From Myxococcales bacterium (GTDB taxonomy: Bacteria > Myxococcota_A > UBA9042), in assembly GCA_037441385.1 (NCBI GenBank), contig JBBISH010000032.1, forward strand, positions 1 to 52,269: a DNA stretch of 52,269 bases. The letters run 5' to 3'. Position numbers and translations under genes: made by a program. Shown here one piece after another: positions 27,996-35,882 of this stretch (the first letter of the stretch is position 1; every line of letters begins with the position of its first letter). The notes beneath the pieces were generated by a model, which saw only the letters and a program-made list of their open reading frames with translations, was not told the DNA's origin and searched no databases.

Positions 27996-28763
27996 GTGAA
28001 TCTTGACCTTTGGGCCATGATCGGCCTGTGCGCAGCCGCCTTTGTGGCTGGCGTGGTCGACGCGATCGCCGGGGGCGGCGGACTGTTGACGTTGCCGGCG
28101 CTGCTGCTCGCGGGCCTGCCGACTCCCCTGGCGCTCGGCACCAACAAGGGCCAGGCGGTGTTCGGTTCGGGCGCGGCGCTGCTCACCTTTGCCCGCGCCG
28201 GCAAGATCGAGCCGACCCGGCTCAAGTGGCTGTTTGCGCCCGGCTTTGCAGGCTCGTTGCTGGGGGCTGCAGCGGTGTCGCTGCTGGCGCCGGCGGTGCT
28301 GCGGCCGGTGGTGCTGGTGCTGCTGGTGGCGGTGGCGGCGTTCTTGGCGCTGCGGCCGCCCCTGCAGGTCGCCGCCGAGCCCAAGCCGAGGCAACAGAAC
28401 CCAGCACTGCGCATGGTGCTTTTGGCCCTGGCGGTGGGCGCCTACGACGGTTTCTTTGGCCCCGGCACGGGCACCTTCCTCATCATCGGCCTGGTAGCCC
28501 TGCTGGGCGACGACCTGACCCGCGGCTCGGCCCACGCCAAGGTCGTCAATTTCGCCTCGAACCTCGCGGCGATGCTGCTGTTCTTTCGCCAGGGCGCGGT
28601 GCTCTGGTCGATTGCTCTGCCCATGGCGCTGCTGCAAGCGGCGGGCAGCGTGGTGGGCGCGCGGCTGGCGGTGCGCGGCGGCGACGGGTTGGTGCGCCGA
28701 GTGGTGCTGCTGGTGGTGGCGGCGCTGTGCGCTCGGTTGGGTTGGGACCTGCTGTTCAAGTAG
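27996..28763 (+). CDS. TSUP (TauE/SafE, YfcA-like) membrane transporter
   Basis: AGVVDAIAGGGGLL, ALGTNK, GAYDGFFGPGTGTF, AKVVNFASN. Confidence 0.93.
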   Translation: MNLDLWAMIGLCAAAFVAGVVDAIAGGGGLLTLPALLLAGLPTPLALGTNKGQAVFGSGAALLTFARAGKIEPTRLKWLFAPGFAGSLLGAAAVSLLAPAVLRPVVLVLLVAVAAFLALRPPLQVAAEPKPRQQNPALRMVLLALAVGAYDGFFGPGTGTFLIIGLVALLGDDLTRGSAHAKVVNFASNLAAMLLFFRQGAVLWSIALPMALLQAAGSVVGARLAVRGGDGLVRRVVLLVVAALCARLGWDLLFK

Positions 28764-28801
28764 CCGGGGCGCAACGGCCGCGCCCGCGCCCAGCACGGGC
28801 C

Positions 28802-28846
28802 AAAAAACACCGAGGGCCGGCTCCCCCTGCAGGAAGTCGGCCCTCG
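28802..28846 (-). terminator. Intrinsic terminator of the 28870 gene
   Basis: Minus-strand stem CGAGGGCCGACTTCC/GGAGCCGGCCCTCG followed by GTGTTTTTT. Confidence 0.75.
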
Positions 28847-28869
28847 CCGTATTGGCCAGAAGACTTGGG

Positions 28870-30057
28870 CTAGTAGCTGGTCATGCCGCAGACGACCGGG
28901 CGGCCCAGGGCGCCGAACACCACTTCACCTTCCAGCGCGCCGCTCTGGCGGTCCAGCATCAGCACCGAGCCGATACCGGTGGTCAGGAACACGGCCTTGC
29001 TGTACTGGGGCAGTGAGATGCGCTGAATCATGCGCGGCGCGGCCATGGTGCGCAGTTGCTTCAGGTCGGCCACGTCAAACACGCGCAGGTGCGTGCCGAT
29101 CGCGTTGTTGCCCACTTCGTCCATCGGCGCGGGGTGACGATCGTAGTCGGTGACCCACAGCTCCTTGCTGTCCGGCGACCAGCGCACGTCGTGCGGCAGG
29201 CCTTCGCCGTTGGCATAGTTGATGTGGCGCTTGTTGGCCGGGTTGGCCGTCTCCCACACGGTGACGGTGCCCAGATCGTAGTCGGCCGAGGCCAGCCACT
29301 TGCCGTCGGGCGAGACATCCAAACCGTCGGGCGCGACGCGGTGCTTGCCTTCGGCCAAGGGCTCCAGGGCCTTGTCTGCGACCTGCAGCGTGTCGAGCAC
29401 GTTCCAAGTCGCCGTGTCGATCACGCTGACCGTGGCGCCGTGAACGTTGTTGATGTACAGGCGCTTGCCGTCCGCCGGGAAGGCGGCCATCGCGGGCGAG
29501 TGCAGCGCGATCGTCTTGATGATCTTGTCGGTCTGGGTGTCGATGATCGCGATCGAGTCATCCGGCAGGCCCGAGTTGGGGATCTTCTCGGCGGCCTCGT
29601 CCGACAGTTCCAGGCGACTGGTCACCACCACGTAGCGGCCGTCGGGGCTGGCGGTCAGCAGGTGCAGGTTGACGGGCGACTTGCCGAGCACCTTTTGCGT
29701 GTAGCTCTTGCCGTCCTCGCTGATCGTCAGCTTGACCAGCGTGTTGTCGTCTTTGTTGCCGGTGTACACGGTGCGGTTGTCCGGCAAGACAGCCACCTGG
29801 TGCACGCCGTAGTGGCCGATCTTGATCGACTGCACCTTCTCGAAGTTCAGCATGTCGATCACGCCCAGTTCGCCGTCGACCAGGACGACAAAACCGAGCT
29901 TGTGGACGGACGAATTGCCCGAAGAGGTCGGTGCGGTGGTCGCCGCTGGTTGGGTGTTGCAACCCACTGATGCGAGCGATGCGATCACCAAGGCGGCCGC
30001 GCTCCCCAGGCGTGCCAGACGAAGAATCCGATTCCGGTCGATGTGCAACGAGGTCAT
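28870..30057 (-). CDS. YncE/YVTN-type beta-propeller lipoprotein (paralogue A)
   Basis: Lipobox SVGC; repeated SPDG/ADG blades and VSVIDT; GAGG RBS. Confidence 0.88.
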   Translation of the reverse strand: MTSLHIDRNRILRLARLGSAAALVIASLASVGCNTQPAATTAPTSSGNSSVHKLGFVVLVDGELGVIDMLNFEKVQSIKIGHYGVHQVAVLPDNRTVYTGNKDDNTLVKLTISEDGKSYTQKVLGKSPVNLHLLTASPDGRYVVVTSRLELSDEAAEKIPNSGLPDDSIAIIDTQTDKIIKTIALHSPAMAAFPADGKRLYINNVHGATVSVIDTATWNVLDTLQVADKALEPLAEGKHRVAPDGLDVSPDGKWLASADYDLGTVTVWETANPANKRHINYANGEGLPHDVRWSPDSKELWVTDYDRHPAPMDEVGNNAIGTHLRVFDVADLKQLRTMAAPRMIQRISLPQYSKAVFLTTGIGSVLMLDRQSGALEGEVVFGALGRPVVCGMTSY

Positions 30058-30374
30058 TGGTTCCTCTCTCGACAGCGTGCAACCGATCGCGACGCAGGCA
30101 CTAGGGCCAATTCCCAGTGGATTCCGCGATCTCCGCCTCTAGCGACTTGCAGCCACCGCGCGCAAAGCCCCTTCGCGCTCGGTAGGGGTAGGCTGCTGGC
30201 AACCTGAGTTCGCACCCAGAAGCGCCGTCAGTTTGAAGTTTAGTTGGTATCTTGCGGCCGCGTCCACACCGATTTGCTGCCGCTTACACTTCATCATCAT
30301 TTTCGTGACAGATATGTTCGACACACTTACACACAAACGTCCCCACACACCCTTACACTTGCGTGCGTTTGTTA

Positions 30375-30392
30375 GTGACAATACAATGACAA
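30375..30392 (-). promoter_or_regulatory. Pho-box-like (OmpR/PhoB-type) 11-bp-period direct repeat
   Basis: Minus strand TTGTCAT-TGTA-TTGTCAC; an extra half-site CTGTCAC at 30311-30305. Confidence 0.45.
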
Positions 30393-30626
30393 ATGGTCGT
30401 GCCCGCCCTGCTCGCGGTCGGCTCGAACCGATTCACGAGTCACAGCAGATCTTAGCTAAACTATACAAACGAACGTTCGAATCAACACCGATTTAGCGTA
30501 GACGCGACCGTCCGCTGGGGTCGCAGAGGGCGCGGGGCTGGGGGCGCTCGCTTGCGCCCCGGTTGGGGCGGCAGACGCGACCGGCAGAAGGAATTACCGA
30601 ACGAACATCAGTAGCTGCCCAAGTAC

Positions 30627-31565
30627 CTAGACGAGCGGGTTTAGATCCAAGTCGTAGTCTTCTGGGTTGCTTGGCGTGCCGCAGAAGGCCTCGAGCCAGG
30701 CGACGTACTCGTCGTCGAGCCCCACCAACCGCGCCCCGGGGACGATCTTCTCGGTATTGGTGGGGTGCGAGATCCGGTTCCAGAACCACCACCGCGGCAG
30801 GCAGATGTAGGCCTCGGCCCACACCGTCTCGCCTACACCGGGCCCCTGCCCTTCGAGTTCGACGGCAAAAGTGCGCCGGACCAGGTGCCAGCCCTCTTTT
30901 TCCTGAGGATCCAGCTGGGCCTCCAGTTCGGCCTGCTTCATGCGGTAGAGCGCGCCCTTGACGCGGCCGCCGCGCTTGGGCAGCAACGTCGCGTAGTTGT
31001 GTTGACCGTTGCCGCTGTCTTTGGCGAAGGCGATCTGCCAACCGTCGGCGCGGCCGATGCGGTGCGGCTCCAGCACGTTCAGCTTGCGCCGCTCGGCCAT
31101 GTGGAACATGTTCGACGCGTAGCCAAAGTACCAAGCCGTTGGCCCAGGGAAGGGACGGTCGTCGGCCAGGATCGCCCCGGGCCAAGTCGCCACGCCGGCC
31201 CAAGCCCCCGTCCACACGTGGGCGATCGCGTCGATGGTCGGCCCCTGGGATCCGACCTGCACCTGCATGATTTTACGTGCAAAGTCGCCGCCCAAGGCCG
31301 ATTCGACGGCCTGCAGGGTCGCCGCGTCGCAGCGGTACAGTTCGCCGGGCACCCAGGAGTCGTTGTTGCCCCGGGCGGCAAGACCCACCGCCTGCACGCC
31401 GGACAGCTTGTAGCCCACCCCGCGCACCCGGCCGCGACCCAGGAACAAGGCATTGGCCAGCCAAGGGTGAGCAGACTCGCCAAAGCACAGCGACCCGCAC
31501 ACGTACAGCGGTAACGGCAACCGGCCGCTGCCAGGCAAGTCGTTGGGATCATGGAATGTGGTCAT
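30627..31565 (-). CDS. Two-domain gamma-glutamylcyclotransferase-like protein
   Basis: Domain 1: LYVCGSL...VPGELY...AVE. Domain 2: YFGYASNM...VKGALY...LDPQE...GARLVGLDDEY. AAGGAG RBS. Confidence 0.82.
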   Translation of the reverse strand: MTTFHDPNDLPGSGRLPLPLYVCGSLCFGESAHPWLANALFLGRGRVRGVGYKLSGVQAVGLAARGNNDSWVPGELYRCDAATLQAVESALGGDFARKIMQVQVGSQGPTIDAIAHVWTGAWAGVATWPGAILADDRPFPGPTAWYFGYASNMFHMAERRKLNVLEPHRIGRADGWQIAFAKDSGNGQHNYATLLPKRGGRVKGALYRMKQAELEAQLDPQEKEGWHLVRRTFAVELEGQGPGVGETVWAEAYICLPRWWFWNRISHPTNTEKIVPGARLVGLDDEYVAWLEAFCGTPSNPEDYDLDLNPLV

Positions 31566-31655
31566 GGTACGAACTCCTTGCAGGGCCAACGCAACGCGGC
31601 GACAGGGTGCCTTGACGCGGCGAACGGATGCAACCGCATCGATCAGGCACGTGGG

Positions 31656-33011
31656 CTAGACGCGCGCACCGTCGCGGCGCAACGCCTCGCGCAGCTGGGG
31701 GATATCCACGTGGCGGGGCTGGATGTCGCTGTCGATCGCCATGGCCGCCGCCACCCCTGCGGCCTGACCGGTCGCCATGCACGTAACCTGCATGCGCACC
31801 GAACTCTGGGCGATGTGCGACGCCGAGATGCAGCGCCCGGCGACGAGCAGACCGTCGATGTGGCGCGGCACCAGGCAGCCGTAGGGGATGTCGTAGTGGA
31901 TATCTTCGTCGATCAGCGAAAATCGCGACTTCCATTCGTAGCCGCGCTCGGCGCCGGTGTCGCCTTCGCTGGCGCTATGCAGTTCCAAGAAGCCAGCACC
32001 GATCGCGATCCCCTCGCTGCTGCTATGGTTTTCGACGACGTCGACTTCTTCCAAACGACGCACGCCCCGCACTCGCCGGGACTCGCGCGGCCACGCCTCG
32101 GTCGACGTCTGCAGCACCGCCACGTTGCCAAAGCCGGGCAGGTTGGCGCGCATGAAGTCGATGATCTGGAATAGGATGTCGCGCGCTTGCACTTGGGCCA
32201 GCGACACTTCTTCGGGGTTGGTCGGGTCGGCCCAGCGCGGCACCCAGCGCGCCCAGGCTTGGTCGGCCAGGATGCCGCCGCGCACCACGCGCGGAAACAG
32301 GATGCCGGCAAAGGTGGGAGGAATCAGACCTTTTTCGCAGGCCTCGGCCAGTACTGGTGCCACGCGCTCGCGGCTGTGCTGCATCCAGGCGCCGTACGGC
32401 GCGCCCGCGGGCAGGTCCAGATCGATGCCGCCGACCATGGCCACGAGCGCCATCGGCTGCGGGCGGGCGTCGCCCTCGCGGCCATAGTCGAACAGCGCGC
32501 CAGCCTTGGACAATAGCTCGCCGTCGCCGCTGCAGTCGATGGTGATGGCGGCCTCGACGCGCCAAAGTCCGGCGCGGGTAGCTAGGACGGCGCCGCGGAC
32601 CCTGCCCTCTTCGACCCAGGCCTCGGCGCAGGTGGCGTGGTACAGCACGTGCACGCCGGCGGCAGTCAAAATCCGGTCGATTTGCCATTTGCAGGTCTCG
32701 GCGTCCCACACCGGCTTGACCACGGCGCGCTCGGCGACCATGGCGTCGTACAATTCGCGGGCGATGCCCTGCACCACAAAGCCGTCCGGGTCGGTGGGGT
32801 CGGACCAGTACTTGAAGGGCTCGAAGCCGACCGGCGTCAGGTTCAGCCCCATCGTCATCGCGCCACCAGCGGCACCGTGGCGTTCGACCAGCATCGTCCG
32901 CAGGCCGCGCCGGGCGGTGGCGACCGCTGCAGCAAAGCCCGCAGGGCCCGCGCCGATCACCAAAACGTCGACGATGCGGTCGGCCGCACACGCCCATGTA
33001 CTTGGAAACAT
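31656..33011 (-). CDS. FAD-dependent oxidoreductase (FAD_oxidored/PF12831-like)
   Basis: DVLVIGAGPAGFAAA, IDCSGDG, RESRRVRG, YDIPYGCLVP, LLVAGRCIS, RMQVTCMATGQAAG. Confidence 0.92.
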   Translation of the reverse strand: MFPSTWACAADRIVDVLVIGAGPAGFAAAVATARRGLRTMLVERHGAAGGAMTMGLNLTPVGFEPFKYWSDPTDPDGFVVQGIARELYDAMVAERAVVKPVWDAETCKWQIDRILTAAGVHVLYHATCAEAWVEEGRVRGAVLATRAGLWRVEAAITIDCSGDGELLSKAGALFDYGREGDARPQPMALVAMVGGIDLDLPAGAPYGAWMQHSRERVAPVLAEACEKGLIPPTFAGILFPRVVRGGILADQAWARWVPRWADPTNPEEVSLAQVQARDILFQIIDFMRANLPGFGNVAVLQTSTEAWPRESRRVRGVRRLEEVDVVENHSSSEGIAIGAGFLELHSASEGDTGAERGYEWKSRFSLIDEDIHYDIPYGCLVPRHIDGLLVAGRCISASHIAQSSVRMQVTCMATGQAAGVAAAMAIDSDIQPRHVDIPQLREALRRDGARV

Positions 33012-33048
33012 GACTACCTCGAACGGGGGACGGGCGGCTGGGCCAGGT

Positions 33049-34533
33049 TCAGAACGATACGGTCATGGCCGGCATCGGTTCACCGCTGGTGGTCACGACC
33101 ACCTGGCCGGTCAATTGGAAGTTGGCGTTGTAGCGGAGCACGTTGCCGTAGCACGCCGAGACGAGTAGCCACGGCGAGCCAGGGACCCAGGCGTTGTGCG
33201 CCATCTGAAATTTCCAGGTCATTTTACCCAGTTGCTTCAAGCTGGCGCGGTCAAAGACCAGCGTGGCCGAAGGGATCAAGGCACTGGCCACCTCGTCGCC
33301 CTGGACGATGAACGACTCCCAGGTCGTGATCGAGAACTTGCTGGAATCAGGTGAAAACTCGCACCAATGCGCCATATCACCGGTGGGCACCACGGTCTGC
33401 TGCGACGGGTCGTCCGCGGGCATCAGCACGGCGACCTTGTCGCTGAAGTCGCACGACAGGAGCCACTTTTCGTCGGGAGAGAGCGTGATGCGCGTCGGCC
33501 CCACCCACTTGGGGTTGCCGCCGGTGGTCGGCAGTCCGTACGAGGCCACTTCGCTGGAAGTGCCCACGTTGATCTTCGAGATGCTGTGATCGAGCCAGTT
33601 GCCCACCCAGGCTGTCGACCCGTCGGCGCTGATGGCGATCGGGTTGGGCGATACGGTCTTCAGTTTGGCGATGGGCGCGCCCAACTGCGTGTCGAACACC
33701 ACCACATCTTTAGAGAAGCTGGGCAGAGAGCCGTTGGGGGCCTGAATCACCATGTTGCCGGCGGTCATCGCCAAGAAGCGGCCGTCGGGCGACGCATCGA
33801 GCATGCCCATCTGGATGCCGGCGTTCCAGGTCGCGGTGATCTTCCAGTTGGCTGGGTTGCCAGCCACTTGCTCAAAGCGATCGATGGTGCCGTTGTCCGT
33901 GTTGGGGATGAACACCACTTTTTGGCCAGGTTGCGCGCCCATGCCGTGCACGTGGGCGTGGCCTTGGCCAATCTCGGCGACCTTGGTCATGCTCTTGAGG
34001 TCGACCACCGCGAACTTGCCCGGCATGGTGGCGACAAAGCCCAAGGTGGCCGGCGGCAGGGGCGACGTGGGCTGGGCGTCGGCTTGAGAATCCGCTAGAC
34101 CGTCCTGGCCATCTGCCGTGTCGACCGCGTCTGTGTCGCTGGCATCGCTGGCCGTCACGTCGGCGGCGACGTCGGCGATGTCGGGACCCGCGGTGGCGTC
34201 GGCGGCCGTGTCGGCAACGTCTGGGACGTCTGCGGCGTCGGAAGCCGTCGCATCGGTGGCGTCGGCCGCCTCGCTGTCACTGGGGGCCGCGTCACTGGCG
34301 GTGGTGTCGGCGGCGACGTCGGCAGGGGCATCGGCGCTGTCGGCGGCGTCGGCCGCAGCGGCAGCTTCGCCGGTGTCTTGAAGAGGGGCATCGTGGCCGA
34401 CCGTCTCGCTGGGCGCGGCATCGACGTCGCGGGGGGCAGGGCTGGCAGAGCCGCACGCCGCGGCGGTCAAACACCCCGCCCAGAGCGCCACACCCGCGCC
34501 GACCAAGCGGACCCGGAGGAGCATCCCCGCCAT
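33049..34533 (-). CDS. YncE/YVTN-type beta-propeller lipoprotein with long Asp/Ala/Thr tether (paralogue B)
   Basis: Lipobox AAAC, about 125-aa acidic low-complexity linker, SPDG/SADG/SPDE/SPDS blades; start uncertain (34524-34566). Confidence 0.85.
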   Translation of the reverse strand: MAGMLLRVRLVGAGVALWAGCLTAAACGSASPAPRDVDAAPSETVGHDAPLQDTGEAAAAADAADSADAPADVAADTTASDAAPSDSEAADATDATASDAADVPDVADTAADATAGPDIADVAADVTASDASDTDAVDTADGQDGLADSQADAQPTSPLPPATLGFVATMPGKFAVVDLKSMTKVAEIGQGHAHVHGMGAQPGQKVVFIPNTDNGTIDRFEQVAGNPANWKITATWNAGIQMGMLDASPDGRFLAMTAGNMVIQAPNGSLPSFSKDVVVFDTQLGAPIAKLKTVSPNPIAISADGSTAWVGNWLDHSISKINVGTSSEVASYGLPTTGGNPKWVGPTRITLSPDEKWLLSCDFSDKVAVLMPADDPSQQTVVPTGDMAHWCEFSPDSSKFSITTWESFIVQGDEVASALIPSATLVFDRASLKQLGKMTWKFQMAHNAWVPGSPWLLVSACYGNVLRYNANFQLTGQVVVTTSGEPMPAMTVSF

Positions 34534-34722
34534 CCCACTACCGCAAAACTCGACGGGCCTGCGCATATCCAGGTCAAGCTACGCCCGGCCTGGGCCGGTT
34601 GTCTACGGCGGGCACAACGCCTCACACGGACCTTCACAATTGGCTCGGACTTGACGCTGGCGATCGCGGCGGCGAGCATGCCGGGCGCTGTGCGCAAAGC
34701 CGCCAGCACAAGGAATTCCACA

Positions 34723-35874
34723 ATGAACAAGCCCGCTCATCTGCCCAACAACCCCTGCTTTTCGTCGGGGCCCACCGCTAAGCGCCCCGGCTGGTCGCTC
34801 GACGCCCTCAAGGGCGCACCGCTTGGCCGCTCGCACCGCCACAAGATCGGCAAGCAGAAGCTGGCCGCGGTCATCGACCTGTCCAAGCAAATTCTTGGTC
34901 TTCCAGAAGGATATCGCCTGGGTATCGTACCCGCCTCGGACACCGGCGCCGTCGAGATGGCCCTGTGGTCGCTGCTGGGCGCCCGCGGCGTCGACATGCT
35001 GGCGTGGGAAAGCTTTGGCGAAGGCTGGATCACCGACGTGCAAAAACAGCTGAAGCTGCCCGATGTTCGCACCTTTGTCGGCGCCTATGGCCAGTTGGCG
35101 GATCGCAGCAAGGTCGACTTCTCGCGCGACGTGGTGTTCACCTGGAACGGCACCACCTCGGGTGTGCGGCTGGCCGATGGTGACTGGATCCCCAGCGATC
35201 GCCAAGGGTTGACCATCTGCGACGCCACCAGCGCCGTGTTCGCCATGAACATGCCGTGGGACAAGCTGGATGTGGTGACGTGGTCGTGGCAGAAGGTGCT
35301 GGGCGGCGAGGCGGCGCACGGCATGCTCGTGCTCAGTCCGCGCGCGGTCGAGCGTCTGGAGACTTACAAGCCCGCGTGGCCACTGCCGAAGATCTTCCGC
35401 ATGACCTCGGGCGGCAAGCTCATCGAAGGCATTTTCGTCGGCGACACCATCAACACGCCGTCGATGCTGGCGGTCGAAGACGCGCTGGACGGCCTGAAGT
35501 GGGCGCAGAGCATCGGCGGCCTGCCGGCGCTGATTGCGCGCAGCGAGGCGAACCTGGCCGCGGTGGCCGAGTGGGTGGCGCAGCGGCCGTGGGTGGAATT
35601 TCTGTGCCCCGACCCCAAGGTGCGCTCGTGCACCTCGGTGTGCCTGATCTTCCCCGACCCGTGGTTCCAGGGCCTGAGCGCCGATGACCAGGCCGCCACC
35701 GCCAAGAAGGTCGTTAGCTTGCTCGACAGCGAAAAGGCCGGCTTTGACCTGGGCTCGTACCGCGACGCGCCCCCCGGACTGCGGATTTGGTGCGGCGCCA
35801 CGGTCGAGACCAGCGACGTCAAAGCGCTGCTGCCGTGGATCGACTGGGCCTGGAGCCAGGTGAAGCCAGCATAA
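34723..35874 (+). CDS. serC: Phosphoserine aminotransferase (Methanosarcina/alphaproteobacterial type)
   Basis: [49 protein letters not shown] (PLP lysine), [21 protein letters not shown]. Confidence 0.95.
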   Translation: MNKPAHLPNNPCFSSGPTAKRPGWSLDALKGAPLGRSHRHKIGKQKLAAVIDLSKQILGLPEGYRLGIVPASDTGAVEMALWSLLGARGVDMLAWESFGEGWITDVQKQLKLPDVRTFVGAYGQLADRSKVDFSRDVVFTWNGTTSGVRLADGDWIPSDRQGLTICDATSAVFAMNMPWDKLDVVTWSWQKVLGGEAAHGMLVLSPRAVERLETYKPAWPLPKIFRMTSGGKLIEGIFVGDTINTPSMLAVEDALDGLKWAQSIGGLPALIARSEANLAAVAEWVAQRPWVEFLCPDPKVRSCTSVCLIFPDPWFQGLSADDQAATAKKVVSLLDSEKAGFDLGSYRDAPPGLRIWCGATVETSDVKALLPWIDWAWSQVKPA

Positions 35875-35882
35875 ATTCTAGT

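Noticed and set aside
26940..28796. 770-aa fusion ending in peroxiredoxin
   Set aside because: The upstream part is the antisense of two real plus-strand genes; bcp has its own promoter
30105..30125. Cobalamin riboswitch (CCACTGGGA on the minus strand upstream of a YncE-like gene)
   Set aside because: The other core elements (GGGAA..GGTG, CCC..ACTGT, GGGAAG, AGYCAG) are absent
30228..30245. tRNA-Sec anticodon loop (CTTCAAA on the minus strand)
   Set aside because: No anticodon stem, T-arm or acceptor stem
1016..30468. Shared 11-mer TTGTATAGTTT at 1016-1026 and, inverted, at 30458-30468
   Set aside because: Both lie in AT-rich spacers and contain a -10-like hexamer; one 11-bp match is plausible by chance
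30139..30496. Small ORFs 30139-30381 (-) and 30233-30496 (+)
   Set aside because: Weak starts, no RBS, and codon usage unlike the genome; cannot be fully excluded without ribosome profiling
33012..33051. Selenocysteine read-through at UGA stops (this gene, also selB, the kinase and ROK)
   Set aside because: The stops fall at natural domain ends, and the downstream frames I inspected show no protein-like continuation or evident SECIS
34640..34722. Alphaproteobacterial serC leader RNA motif
   Set aside because: Only a short CCTTCAC resemblance; I could not identify the rest of the motif
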